Shown: positions 8,601 through 16,282 of the stretch, piece by piece
How positions within the stretch are numbered: the first letter of the stretch is position 1
Layout of the letters: every line of letters starts with the position of its first letter
DNA from: Candidatus Bilamarchaeaceae archaeon
GTDB lineage: Archaea; Micrarchaeota; Micrarchaeia; Anstonellales; Bilamarchaeaceae
Direction: 5' to 3'
NCBI GenBank assembly: GCA_038870635.1
Contig: JAVZJR010000006.1
Coordinates: 9,112-25,995 of the forward strand
Length of the DNA stretch: 16,884 nucleotides
Translations under genes and position numbers: made by a program
Notes under the pieces: generated by a model
The model's database searches: none
What the model was told of the DNA's origin: nothing
The model's input: only the letters and a program-made list of their open reading frames with translations

Positions 8601-9467
8601 CTCCAATTTAGCATAGTAGTCATCTGCTTTATCTTTTGCATCATTTGCTGTTTTTTTAAGTTCGTTAAATGTTGAAATTATGCCATTTTTATCCCAGATA
8701 TTTTTCATTATTTTTGGGTATGTTGTAGTACTAGCATTTTTTACAAGGTCGCTGTTTAATTTTAGAATATCCGCTTTCATTATGTTTATTTTTCCATATT
8801 GCTCTTCTTTTTGCTCATTATCTATTATCTGAAATGCATTTTCTAGTTTTTTACATTCTTGTTTGCCAGGGTAATTGTATTCTTCCCTACAAAGACCAGC
8901 AAATTTTATTATTTCGTATTGCTCGCGCGCTTTCTGCTCGCTCTTTATTACCTCTTCTTGGCTGTTTTCAAGCGCATCCATCGCTTCTTCCATTGCTTTT
9001 TTCCAATTTTTTTCTAACGAATCATAATATAAAATTGAGGTTGGACAATCTATTTCTTCAATTGTGCGGCTTAATCCTTCTTCTAGACCTTCATTTATTA
9101 ACCTTTCATATATGCATTGAGAAATGGAGATAAGTTCTCCCCTCAGAATGCAGCTTCTTTGACATCTTAAAAATTCTTGTTCTTCTCTTAGATAAATATT
9201 ACTATACTCTTTAGCGTTGTTTATTTTTAATGTTGTTTGGGAATCCATACTTAGATTTGTTATTTCGTTTAATTCAAGTTCATTAAGCGCATACCCCATA
9301 TTATAATATATTTTTATTATTAAAAGATCCAGAATGCCATCTTGATTAGTTTCCCATGCTGGTTCTTGCCAAGGTCTGCTTATCGGAATTTTTTGGGTCG
9401 TTGAATTTAAAACCGAGGAAAATGTTAGGATCACTAAAAAAACAACTATAAGTAAGTTTTTTCCCAC
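5661..9467 (-). CDS. 1268-aa membrane-anchored surface protein: signal peptide, long coiled-coil/helical regions, central beta-rich domains, C-terminal TM helix
   Basis: N-terminal MGKNLLIVVFLVILTFSSVLNS. K/E-rich heptad segments flank a beta-rich block (~6890-7640; TEITYTVSIYN...ILVSYTI). C-terminal MWYILAASLILIGVLAFYML followed by a basic tail. GTG start with ggtggg RBS. Confidence 0.8.
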   Translation of the reverse strand: MGKNLLIVVFLVILTFSSVLNSTTQKIPISRPWQEPAWETNQDGILDLLIIKIYYNMGYALNELELNEITNLSMDSQTTLKINNAKEYSNIYLREEQEFLRCQRSCILRGELISISQCIYERLINEGLEEGLSRTIEEIDCPTSILYYDSLEKNWKKAMEEAMDALENSQEEVIKSEQKAREQYEIIKFAGLCREEYNYPGKQECKKLENAFQIIDNEQKEEQYGKINIMKADILKLNSDLVKNASTTTYPKIMKNIWDKNGIISTFNELKKTANDAKDKADDYYAKLEDDANQEKFLVDNAYKKLEKQKLDLITESVTFESIDNIKSGKISERWESLADSKKEADTYYENAKKIHSSKVQDYLLIGIRDMKKANESYHLINNNSEILLQDAQNIVDEKRVSAKATIENVKTQMKNLGYSETAIEKQLSNATEALKNGDKETVLGLKYKKYVEAITIALVSAPTKSADYDEEYKKKIAELEKLIENAKKDGIYVDDLKIEIDVIKNNRPANEMELLQEIKDELENRIKSRFYDLEKKRKELEEKLKAAGASDLLDEMKNSERGIVKEDGSIDWLSAVGKLNELNKKYDEINEDLESNIEKKNAAITNQLIIEPSLIMPPVNIDEPTEITYTVSIYNPQKYGGKNIKISIQLEGEFKFYYSDIVSGSEDVLNIQTNGKTLYIILKSIEPFDRKTITFKKKIVLATTKSTEMKAKGLGYEKAAVKETRVIMLSLDNAQIKLPQIEGVTIDNGDPLRKLNSGVHTIKTEYIMNNAYKEERTDAEIATKDSKATVSYRVMITPLIDLEEVPLNIDSGIASSVSINCGVHKCVKQQNGYGYTIFLQDLKKGIDATILVSYTISNISEYVLFEIYKYKNSKEQEIVNLANEAENLLKNGKEDAALAKVEEIKKKNLELEKNKAKLLKEYYELSRKTKREIEDLQKALEKAQTGNLENHSQTIKFRTRKEFLLSILNETTIDDNASLEEIQKAVDKLKAIDENWLSKEINSIAKEAQKKYESYKREMTGISEAQTLLKKTEEDINVLLATQKAEDGIAVLIDLLELDNLHSSSKLAKEKTLEELSKNFNELKDAAQPLLLKYETEYKDSLKSDLEKLFNTKPEKVKNTITAIEKYIKNGDIENANSSINDVLIPAIKDMNSTLEMLSSSAYRKIKEAENDIENKKNELSVEQLNGLTKKLNELKEMYNKKNYIKTIVGANILIDEINKTKGNANTMWYILAASLILIGVLAFYMLQKNKNKPFSRTVLKKNDKDD

Positions 9468-9508
9468 CTGCCCACCAATATAATTTAATAATAAAATATT
9501 TTAAATGG

Positions 9509-11290
9509 TTATTTATATTTTGAAAACAATTCCGCGCTATTCACTTTTATATCTAAAGAATAGTTTGCAGTTAATGGCTTTATTAGAGTATTTAATGGTG
9601 GTACTTCCTTCCACATTTCCCCGTTTGTGGCGTGTAATTTTAGTACAACTGGATATTTTTTTCCATCAAAATATCTTATTACACATTCTTCACGTTTGAG
9701 TTTTGTTAAGATGCTTTTCTTTATTTCTTCTATCTCAGTTTGCGTTTTGTTTTTTCTAAAATAATCTTCCAACACAATATTTAGGAGTGGTGCTATCATA
9801 GCCGCGTCGTGTGAATCAACTTTAAAGCAAAAAATGTTTTTAGAGTGGGAAAGCAAAACGTCTGCAAGTTCTTTTTCTATTTGGTTTAAGTGCTGGATGG
9901 TTGAATAGACGTAAAGGTTATACTTTCTTGTTTCATCTAATACGTCTTTTATGTTTATATTGTTTATTTTGGACAAGTCATCTATTACAAGTATCAACGG
10001 CCGTTTCAACTTTTGAGAGAAAGCTAAAAATTTGAGTTGAGCTATAAAGGACGAATATATGAGTTTTATCATTTCATCTTCAAAAAAATTCTTGTCGAGA
10101 TGGACTGCTATTATTGCATTTTTCTCTAATAATTCTTCTAAACTTTCTTCTTTTTTCGCTTTTTTTTCTGTATACAAATCCCACTTACTTATGAAATTTT
10201 TTATTGGAACAATAACTTCATTGAAATTTTTTTCATATATGGCGGGGAATTCTAACCTAAAAAATTTTTTAGCCTCTTCTGCTTTGCTTTTTGATATAAA
10301 TTTCATTCTCATAGGTGGGTCAGTTATAACCTTACCAAAATTTTCCATAGTTAGGGCGTTTATAGAAGAAAGAAGGTAAACTGAATAAAATACAACACGT
10401 TCTATTTGTTTATTATCCTTATCTATTGCCGTAGTAATCATGTCTGTTATTGTTTTTATCATGCGTGGGGTATTCTCTTTACCTCCTGTGGGAATTAGTT
10501 GAAGAAAATTTTCTTTGTAATCTATTATTTTTGCTTCTCTAAGTTCTTTTACAAGATCACCGCTTGTGTCTAAAGCGATTATTCTTATCATGCCGCCATA
10601 TCTTTTTTCTAATGCGCGTATAACCATAAAGAGTGTTTTAGTTTTGCCAGTGTTTCCTTCTCCTATAAATAATGAATGTTGAAATGGGTCAAAATTATCA
10701 ATTCCAAAAGTTATATCATTATCTTCAAAGATTGGGTAATCTGATTTTATAGAGGTATTTTTTATTGTTGGTTCCAATATTTCAAAATAAATGGATGGAT
10801 GTTTATCTGAATTTATCTCAAGAAAAGCAAAAGGATTAAGTGTAATCGAATAAAATGAAAGATTTTTTCTATCAAGTCCTTTTGCATAACCAATGTATTT
10901 GCCAAAAATTTTTATTACATTAAAATTAATCTCGTTTATTCCTTCTTTAAGCATTAAGTTTATGTGGTTCTCGCTATTGAAGAAATAAATTTTAGGAATA
11001 TGCAGATTGGTTTTTTTATTAGTTTCAAAAAACGCTTCGTTTCCTACTTTGAATGGAAAAAAAAGAGGCGCCATATTCATTACTTTTTCTGTCTCTCGAG
11101 TATAATACCTGATGGTGTTGTCTGATCTTTTTATTACTAATGGAGAGGGCAGATTTGAGAGAAAATAAGAAAAGTCAAAGAGCCGCAGAGCAGGATGTCT
11201 TCTTTTTGTCAATTGGTCAAAAAATTGTTTTAATTCTTCTTTGCTTATTTTATTGCTATATAAGTAGAGTTCTCGCCACTTTTCCCCCAT
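9509..11290 (-). CDS. HerA/FtsK/VirB4-superfamily P-loop ATPase (DUF87-like)
   Basis: HSLFIGEGNTGKT (Walker A, 10640-10663), IIALDTSGD, LILVIDDL (Walker B) and ETRKYNLYVYSTIQHLNQI (Arg finger plus conserved Gln of the HerA/VirB4 family). Confidence 0.8.
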   Translation of the reverse strand: MGEKWRELYLYSNKISKEELKQFFDQLTKRRHPALRLFDFSYFLSNLPSPLVIKRSDNTIRYYTRETEKVMNMAPLFFPFKVGNEAFFETNKKTNLHIPKIYFFNSENHINLMLKEGINEINFNVIKIFGKYIGYAKGLDRKNLSFYSITLNPFAFLEINSDKHPSIYFEILEPTIKNTSIKSDYPIFEDNDITFGIDNFDPFQHSLFIGEGNTGKTKTLFMVIRALEKRYGGMIRIIALDTSGDLVKELREAKIIDYKENFLQLIPTGGKENTPRMIKTITDMITTAIDKDNKQIERVVFYSVYLLSSINALTMENFGKVITDPPMRMKFISKSKAEEAKKFFRLEFPAIYEKNFNEVIVPIKNFISKWDLYTEKKAKKEESLEELLEKNAIIAVHLDKNFFEDEMIKLIYSSFIAQLKFLAFSQKLKRPLILVIDDLSKINNINIKDVLDETRKYNLYVYSTIQHLNQIEKELADVLLSHSKNIFCFKVDSHDAAMIAPLLNIVLEDYFRKNKTQTEIEEIKKSILTKLKREECVIRYFDGKKYPVVLKLHATNGEMWKEVPPLNTLIKPLTANYSLDIKVNSAELFSKYK

Positions 11291-11391
11291 GTTTTTATTT
11301 AAACTAACAACTACTTAAAAATCTTGCGATAAGGTTTGTTAAAAAAAGAAATTATATATATTTTATCTTATATCTAATCTTGGTTTTGTTT

Positions 11392-11712
11392 ATGGGCATT
11401 GTTGATTTCATTAGCAAACTTTTTGAAAGCCCTAAAAAAAAGTATAAGTGTCCAAATTGTGGTGCAGATGTTACTCTGGATATGGAAAGATGTCAAAAAT
11501 GTGGCGTAAGGATAAAATCAATGTTTAGAAAGAAATGCCCAAAGTGCGGCACGTTAAATGAACTCGACGCAAAAAAATGTAGTAAATGCGGCTATAATTT
11601 TGAAGCTGAAGAAATACAATTGAAAAAAACCTATTATGTTTGTCCGATATGCGGTTATAAGAGTGAAACTTTTCTTCCAGAGTGTCCTGCCTGTGGCACT
11701 CGTTTTGTATGA
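11392..11712 (+). CDS. Triple zinc-ribbon (DZR-like) protein
   Basis: Six CxxC knuckles: CPNC/CQKC, CPKC/CSKC, CPIC/CPAC. ATG 11392 is preferred over TTG 11380. Confidence 0.88.
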   Translation: MGIVDFISKLFESPKKKYKCPNCGADVTLDMERCQKCGVRIKSMFRKKCPKCGTLNELDAKKCSKCGYNFEAEEIQLKKTYYVCPICGYKSETFLPECPACGTRFV

Positions 11713-11728
11713 ACATAATATGTTGTCG

Positions 11729-13990
11729 CTATTGACCAAAATTTAATGAGTATTCAAATTCACTTTTTTCTTTTCCATTTGGGTTTGGTTTGAATTTAAT
11801 TCTTTTTAGTTCATCTAATACTTTGTCTGTATGACCTGATGGAGGCGTACCATCCTCCTTTACCTTTACATCTATTACTTTTCCTTCTTTTTCATTTACT
11901 TCAAAAAGAACTACCATTTTGCCTTTTAAGTTATACCTTTCACCTAAATATTTTGTTTTATCATTTATAGCCTGGTATAAATTTTTAAGTTGTAATTGAG
12001 GTGTTTTTTTCTCTTCTTTTTCTTGTGGTGTGATTATAACTGCCATTTCTTTTCTATCTTCTTTTTTTTCTTTAATTATTGATGGTTCAGTTAAATTTAA
12101 TTCAGGGATTACCATTTCAAATTCTTTTTTACCATACTTTTTTTCTTCTTTGTTTTCTGCGCTACTCTCTTGTTCTACGCTATCCGGTTGTTTGATAAAA
12201 TCATTGGGTGTAATATCGTTTGAGTATTCTTGCGCAACAACTTCATCTTTACTTTTGATCGACCAATTTTTTAGCATATTGTTAATTAAATCCTGAGCAT
12301 CCACACCCATTGCTTTTTGGACGAGCTTTCCTTGTTGCGTTATATATGTACCGTAATATTTCCCGCCTCTACCAAAGATTTGCGTTTGCAATAGTGGAAC
12401 CCCGCTAACTTGCGAATAAATCTTCAAAGCATCATCAAGCGAACCTGATTTAGCAGTATATCTCATCCCATAATCTATTATGGATACTCTTTTGTCGCCA
12501 TTTTCTTCATAAAAAGCGAGCGCTACCACGTGCGGTGATTTTTTCGTATTAACTGTAATAGTATAAGCTTGTATGCCATTTGCTCTTAAAAATTCCGCAA
12601 TAAATTCGTGTATCCCCGCGCATATTGCAACACCATTCTTAAGTTCCTCTGGCATTCCATCGTATGTTCCGTGTTCTGCGTAATAGCGGTTATACTCTTT
12701 TATAAAGTATAATATATCGTCATAATTTTTTGACGTTAAGTTCTTTACATTTGGACTGAATATTTTGAATTCTTTCAAGTCATTATAGGCACCATAATCA
12801 TATCCCCCTCTTCCAAGCATGCTTGCAAGATAATTAGCAACAGTGAGCAATTCTTCTGTACTTTTTCCATTATATGCAAGTATAAGATCGCCAAAGTAAT
12901 TACTATTCTCTATATTGGTTTTTGCATTGTTTATCCATTGCTCCTCTTGTGGTGTGATTTGGCCATTTTCTGCGATAAATCTTTTTTCATAATTGGGATT
13001 CGTAAGCATATTTTTGTTTTCAAATTCCATGGTGTAATAATTGTCCGGTCTTTCCTTTTTTGAATTGCCAAAATTAACTGTAACTATACCACCTACGTAG
13101 AAAGTATGCGGAAAAAATTCCTTATCATAAATTGGGTTATAACCCCTTACGCCTCCTCCTAAAGAAACTAGTACAGACACGCCACCTTCGTTATATACTT
13201 CTCTTCCATATGCTATTCCAATGTCTGGGTCTATTTTATCTGTATTTACTCTCAAACCAAATATTCCTAAATTTTCATTTTTATAATTTATTTCGAAAAT
13301 ATTTCCTTGATAGCGTGGTCGATAATCAACCACAAGCGCAGTATTAGGTGTTTTTGAAGCTGCAAAATAATTAGTATTTATTATTTTTAATTCAAGTTTG
13401 TTATTATAATCTACTAAGAATCCATTTACCCATCTTGCGAAAAGCATATCGTAGGTCGGGTAAGATATCGCTCCTTGGCCAAGTGTTGCTAAGTTAAAAG
13501 ATACTTTTCCTATAGAAAAGTGCGTGGATGCGCCTGCTCCTTGGACAGTATAAAACCACGACGCCATGTGGGTAAATGTTATGTTTCCATTATAATATAA
13601 ATTTAAATGACCATCGATAAGCCTCAATGATGGTGTTACATTTATGCTTCCAATACCATATGGAATGTTGTTAAGCCATATTCCGCCGCCCCTCACGCTT
13701 AGCCAATCATAAAAACTTAATTCACCTGATAATGAAGAACCTGCATCATTGTTATAGTAATTTACTCCATAAGACAATTTATTATCCGCTATAATAGGCG
13801 GCGCAGCTCGTAGGGCAGTTTCTTCATTTGCTTTTAGTGTTGCAGGTAAGAGTATACCTAATATAAGAACACCGGCAGTTATTTTCTTTGTTTTTTGTAT
13901 TAATTTATTTGATATGTTTTTTAGTGCATCTTTGAATTTTTGAAATTTTCTTTGTTTTATTTCTTTTTTTTCACTAACCTTGTCGTCCAT
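11729..13990 (-). CDS. ~753-aa multidomain exported protein: basic leader + signal peptide, beta-barrel-like region, transglutaminase-like domain, charged linker, TonB C-terminal-like domain
   Basis: Start moved to ATG 13990 (MDDKVSEKK) to avoid head-to-head overlap with the dph2 promoter region. KKITAGVLILGILLPATLKA is signal-like. Gly/aromatic amphipathic strands end in FYVGGIVTVNF. GVAICAGIH...GI...SPHVV...IIDYG gives the triad. C-terminus is KGKMVVLFEVNEKEGKVIDVKV...DKVLDELKRIKFKP...YSLNF. Confidence 0.8.
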   Translation of the reverse strand: MDDKVSEKKEIKQRKFQKFKDALKNISNKLIQKTKKITAGVLILGILLPATLKANEETALRAAPPIIADNKLSYGVNYYNNDAGSSLSGELSFYDWLSVRGGGIWLNNIPYGIGSINVTPSLRLIDGHLNLYYNGNITFTHMASWFYTVQGAGASTHFSIGKVSFNLATLGQGAISYPTYDMLFARWVNGFLVDYNNKLELKIINTNYFAASKTPNTALVVDYRPRYQGNIFEINYKNENLGIFGLRVNTDKIDPDIGIAYGREVYNEGGVSVLVSLGGGVRGYNPIYDKEFFPHTFYVGGIVTVNFGNSKKERPDNYYTMEFENKNMLTNPNYEKRFIAENGQITPQEEQWINNAKTNIENSNYFGDLILAYNGKSTEELLTVANYLASMLGRGGYDYGAYNDLKEFKIFSPNVKNLTSKNYDDILYFIKEYNRYYAEHGTYDGMPEELKNGVAICAGIHEFIAEFLRANGIQAYTITVNTKKSPHVVALAFYEENGDKRVSIIDYGMRYTAKSGSLDDALKIYSQVSGVPLLQTQIFGRGGKYYGTYITQQGKLVQKAMGVDAQDLINNMLKNWSIKSKDEVVAQEYSNDITPNDFIKQPDSVEQESSAENKEEKKYGKKEFEMVIPELNLTEPSIIKEKKEDRKEMAVIITPQEKEEKKTPQLQLKNLYQAINDKTKYLGERYNLKGKMVVLFEVNEKEGKVIDVKVKEDGTPPSGHTDKVLDELKRIKFKPNPNGKEKSEFEYSLNFGQ

Positions 13991-14084
13991 ATTTTTAAAA
14001 AACAGCCCTCTCATAGATTTTATTTTTAGGAAAGAAGAATTTAAAACACTTTGTTTCTTTAAAAAACACAAAAAGGTGTTTCTT

Positions 14085-14981
14085 TTGAGAATACTCCTTC
14101 AGTTTCCAGATGGATTGAAAAAAGAGGCTTTAAAGTATGCAGAAAAATTTAGAAAAGAAGGTCACGAGGTAGTTCTTTCTGGTTCTCCTTGTTATGGTGC
14201 TTGCGACCTTGCTTTAAAAGAAGCAGAAATAATAAAAGCAGATAAAATAATTCATTTCGGTCATGCTCCTTTTTTGAAAAATTCTGTCGTCCCTGTTGAA
14301 TATATAGAATGGCCTGAGGATGTAAATATTGAAAAAATAAAAGAAAGTGCTAAAAAAATAAAAGAGAAAAAAATAGCCCTTGCGACAACCGTTCAGCATA
14401 TTAATAGGATAAAAGAAATAAAAACCGCGTTCGAAGAGATAGGGAAGGAAATTTTTTTGTCAAAAGGCAATTACGCTTTTTACGAGGGGCAGGTTCTTGG
14501 GTGTGATTTTGGCGCAGTTAAACACCCTTTCGCTCAAGCGGCGGTAATTATTGCAGACGGTAAATTTCATGCATTAGGTGTTTTTGTTGATTATCCAGTT
14601 TACTCCATTCATCCAAGAACTGGTGAACTAAAAAACCTAAGCGAGGCCATAGAAAAAGCAAGAAAAATCAGAAAGGGCGCTATTTTGCGTGCTGTTAATG
14701 CAAGCAGTTTTGGCGTTTTAGTAAGTACGAAACCTGGCCAATTCCGATTAAAAATTGCAGAAGATATTGCGGCGAGGATTCGCTCTTATGGAAAAAAGGC
14801 AGAAGTTGTAGTTTGTGATGATTTAAATCCATCAACTCTATCTAATTTCTTTTTTGATGCATTCATAAATACTGCTTGCCCTCGAATCGCTGATGACACT
14901 GAAATTTTCGATAAACCAGTAATAAATTTTGACAGCGTTATTGAACTTTTTAAACTTTGGGACGACTTAGGATCTCGCTGA
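14085..14981 (+). CDS. dph2: Diphthamide biosynthesis enzyme Dph2 (2-(3-amino-3-carboxypropyl)histidine synthase)
   Basis: (M)RILLQFPDGLK, PCYGACD, IHFGH, TTVQH, GQVLGC, STKPGQ and INTACPRI supply the three dispersed Fe-S cysteines. Likely start is TTG 14085 with aggtg RBS at 14074-14078. Confidence 0.95.
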   Translation: MRILLQFPDGLKKEALKYAEKFRKEGHEVVLSGSPCYGACDLALKEAEIIKADKIIHFGHAPFLKNSVVPVEYIEWPEDVNIEKIKESAKKIKEKKIALATTVQHINRIKEIKTAFEEIGKEIFLSKGNYAFYEGQVLGCDFGAVKHPFAQAAVIIADGKFHALGVFVDYPVYSIHPRTGELKNLSEAIEKARKIRKGAILRAVNASSFGVLVSTKPGQFRLKIAEDIAARIRSYGKKAEVVVCDDLNPSTLSNFFFDAFINTACPRIADDTEIFDKPVINFDSVIELFKLWDDLGSR

Positions 14982-15396
14982 GTCTTTTTTTAGCAATTTC
15001 GCGCGTATCTTCATAAGGACAGTTTCGTATTACCCATTCTAAAAAAATTGGTTTGTTTATATTCTTAATGAGATTTTCTCTTGCAGTTTTATTATCTGAA
15101 TACTTTAATATTATTATATAACTGTCAAAAAGTTCAATTGAGCTTGGTCTTTCAGCTGCTCTATTAGCGATTTCCTTTATTGCCTCTCTTTGTAATGCTC
15201 CTACATTACTCTCTTTTATTATTCTTATTAATTCTTCTTCTGTTTTTTCCTTAAGAAATTGAAATTTTTTATATTTATTCCAATTGTATATTCTTATCTG
15301 TACTTCTGGGCCTGGTTTATATTTTTTTAATTTATTTTTTGTTTTTTTATTTTCTCTTGCGCCCTCTTTTTTTTTCTTTTGAATTTCTTTTTTCAT
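14950..15396 (-). CDS. Hypothetical protein with Lys-rich N-terminus and short alpha-helical (HEAT-like) repeats
   Basis: 148-aa ORF with ATG start and helical units (LQREAIKEI, TARENLIKNI, TREIAKKRL). Its 3' end overlaps dph2 convergently by 32 nt. Confidence 0.65.
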   Translation of the reverse strand: MKKEIQKKKKEGARENKKTKNKLKKYKPGPEVQIRIYNWNKYKKFQFLKEKTEEELIRIIKESNVGALQREAIKEIANRAAERPSSIELFDSYIIILKYSDNKTARENLIKNINKPIFLEWVIRNCPYEDTREIAKKRLSEILSRPKV

Positions 15397-15435
15397 ATTC
15401 TTAGTTCATAAGACTATCATTTTTTATTTGTTGTC

Positions 15436-16212
15436 TTATGTAGCTTGTTGCGTAATGGCATGCTCTTTGAAATAATCTAAGGCATGTTCCTGGAATTCAC
15501 GGTTGCTTGAATAACCAAATTTTTCTTTTAGTTGAAGGAGATATGGGTGAGGCGCAAAATGAGGTACTGTTATTGCATATCCTTCTAAATCTATAGACGC
15601 CGAACGCATTTGCGCTCCACCAAGATATTTTGAATAGATGTTTTTGAATTGCGCAGATGTCATTATCCTTTCTTTTGTTATAATCCTTCCTTTTACTGGC
15701 TCATGTACAAAATTAAATTGTATTTTTTTCTCTTCGATGTCGTTTGTAATTAAGTTTTTCATTGTTTTTTTTGTATTTACAGAAATAGATGCCCGTTCCT
15801 CGCTTATCTTTAAACCATACTCATTTTGTTCAAAATGAGCAAGAATAAAAGAAGTAAAAAACTCTTTTCCTTCTCTAAAATTCACGTTTTTTGATAAAAG
15901 CATCAATCTTTCTCCAACAAAAAAAACGGATCGCATTGAGCCGTGGCTAAATGCATTTCCGATTTTTTCATTATCTAATAGGATGTTTTGGAAGTAATTT
16001 GAGGGGACTGCATAAGCAGTGCGCGCTTCAAAAAAAGGGTAGTTCAGAATAATCGGCCATTTTATAGATGAATAACACGCTTTAAAAAGAAAGTTCATCT
16101 CTTTTGCCATTTCTTTTGTAAAATTTATTCTATTGACGTCTTCTTTTGCCATTTTATCTGTTATTGTTTTATATTCAGAAATTTGTGCAGCAATCTTGCA
16201 TAGCTTACACAT
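15436..16212 (-). CDS. Hypothetical protein, 258 aa, N-terminal CxxC
   Basis: Long ORF with globular composition. MCKLC at the start and PHFAPHP near the end. No family recognised. Confidence 0.75.
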   Translation of the reverse strand: MCKLCKIAAQISEYKTITDKMAKEDVNRINFTKEMAKEMNFLFKACYSSIKWPIILNYPFFEARTAYAVPSNYFQNILLDNEKIGNAFSHGSMRSVFFVGERLMLLSKNVNFREGKEFFTSFILAHFEQNEYGLKISEERASISVNTKKTMKNLITNDIEEKKIQFNFVHEPVKGRIITKERIMTSAQFKNIYSKYLGGAQMRSASIDLEGYAITVPHFAPHPYLLQLKEKFGYSSNREFQEHALDYFKEHAITQQAT

Positions 16213-16282
16213 GGTTTTTACTTCTTAGTGAAATTTTTAAATCATTGCATTTAATATCACAATACTTTAAAGGTGGGTTTTC

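Noticed and set aside
5661..9467. SMC/Rad50 ATPase
   Set aside because: No Walker A/B or signature motif; it has a signal peptide and a C-terminal TM helix.
5702..10379. Plus-strand ORFs antisense to the large minus-strand genes (e.g. 5887-6423, 7675-7875, 10059-10379)
   Set aside because: Ser/Phe/Leu-rich shadows of Lys/Glu-rich coding sequence on the opposite strand.
13980..14084. Head-to-head overlap of the 780-aa and 333-aa ORFs as given in the track
   Set aside because: Artefact of longest-ORF starts. ATG 13990 (minus) and TTG 14085 (plus, with RBS and a typical Dph2 N-terminus) leave a normal 94-bp divergent intergenic region.
11525..15838. Short ORFs 11525-11716, 11554-11739, 12030-12296, 13132-13347, 14214-14399 and 15638-15838
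   Set aside because: Antisense shadows inside better-supported genes.
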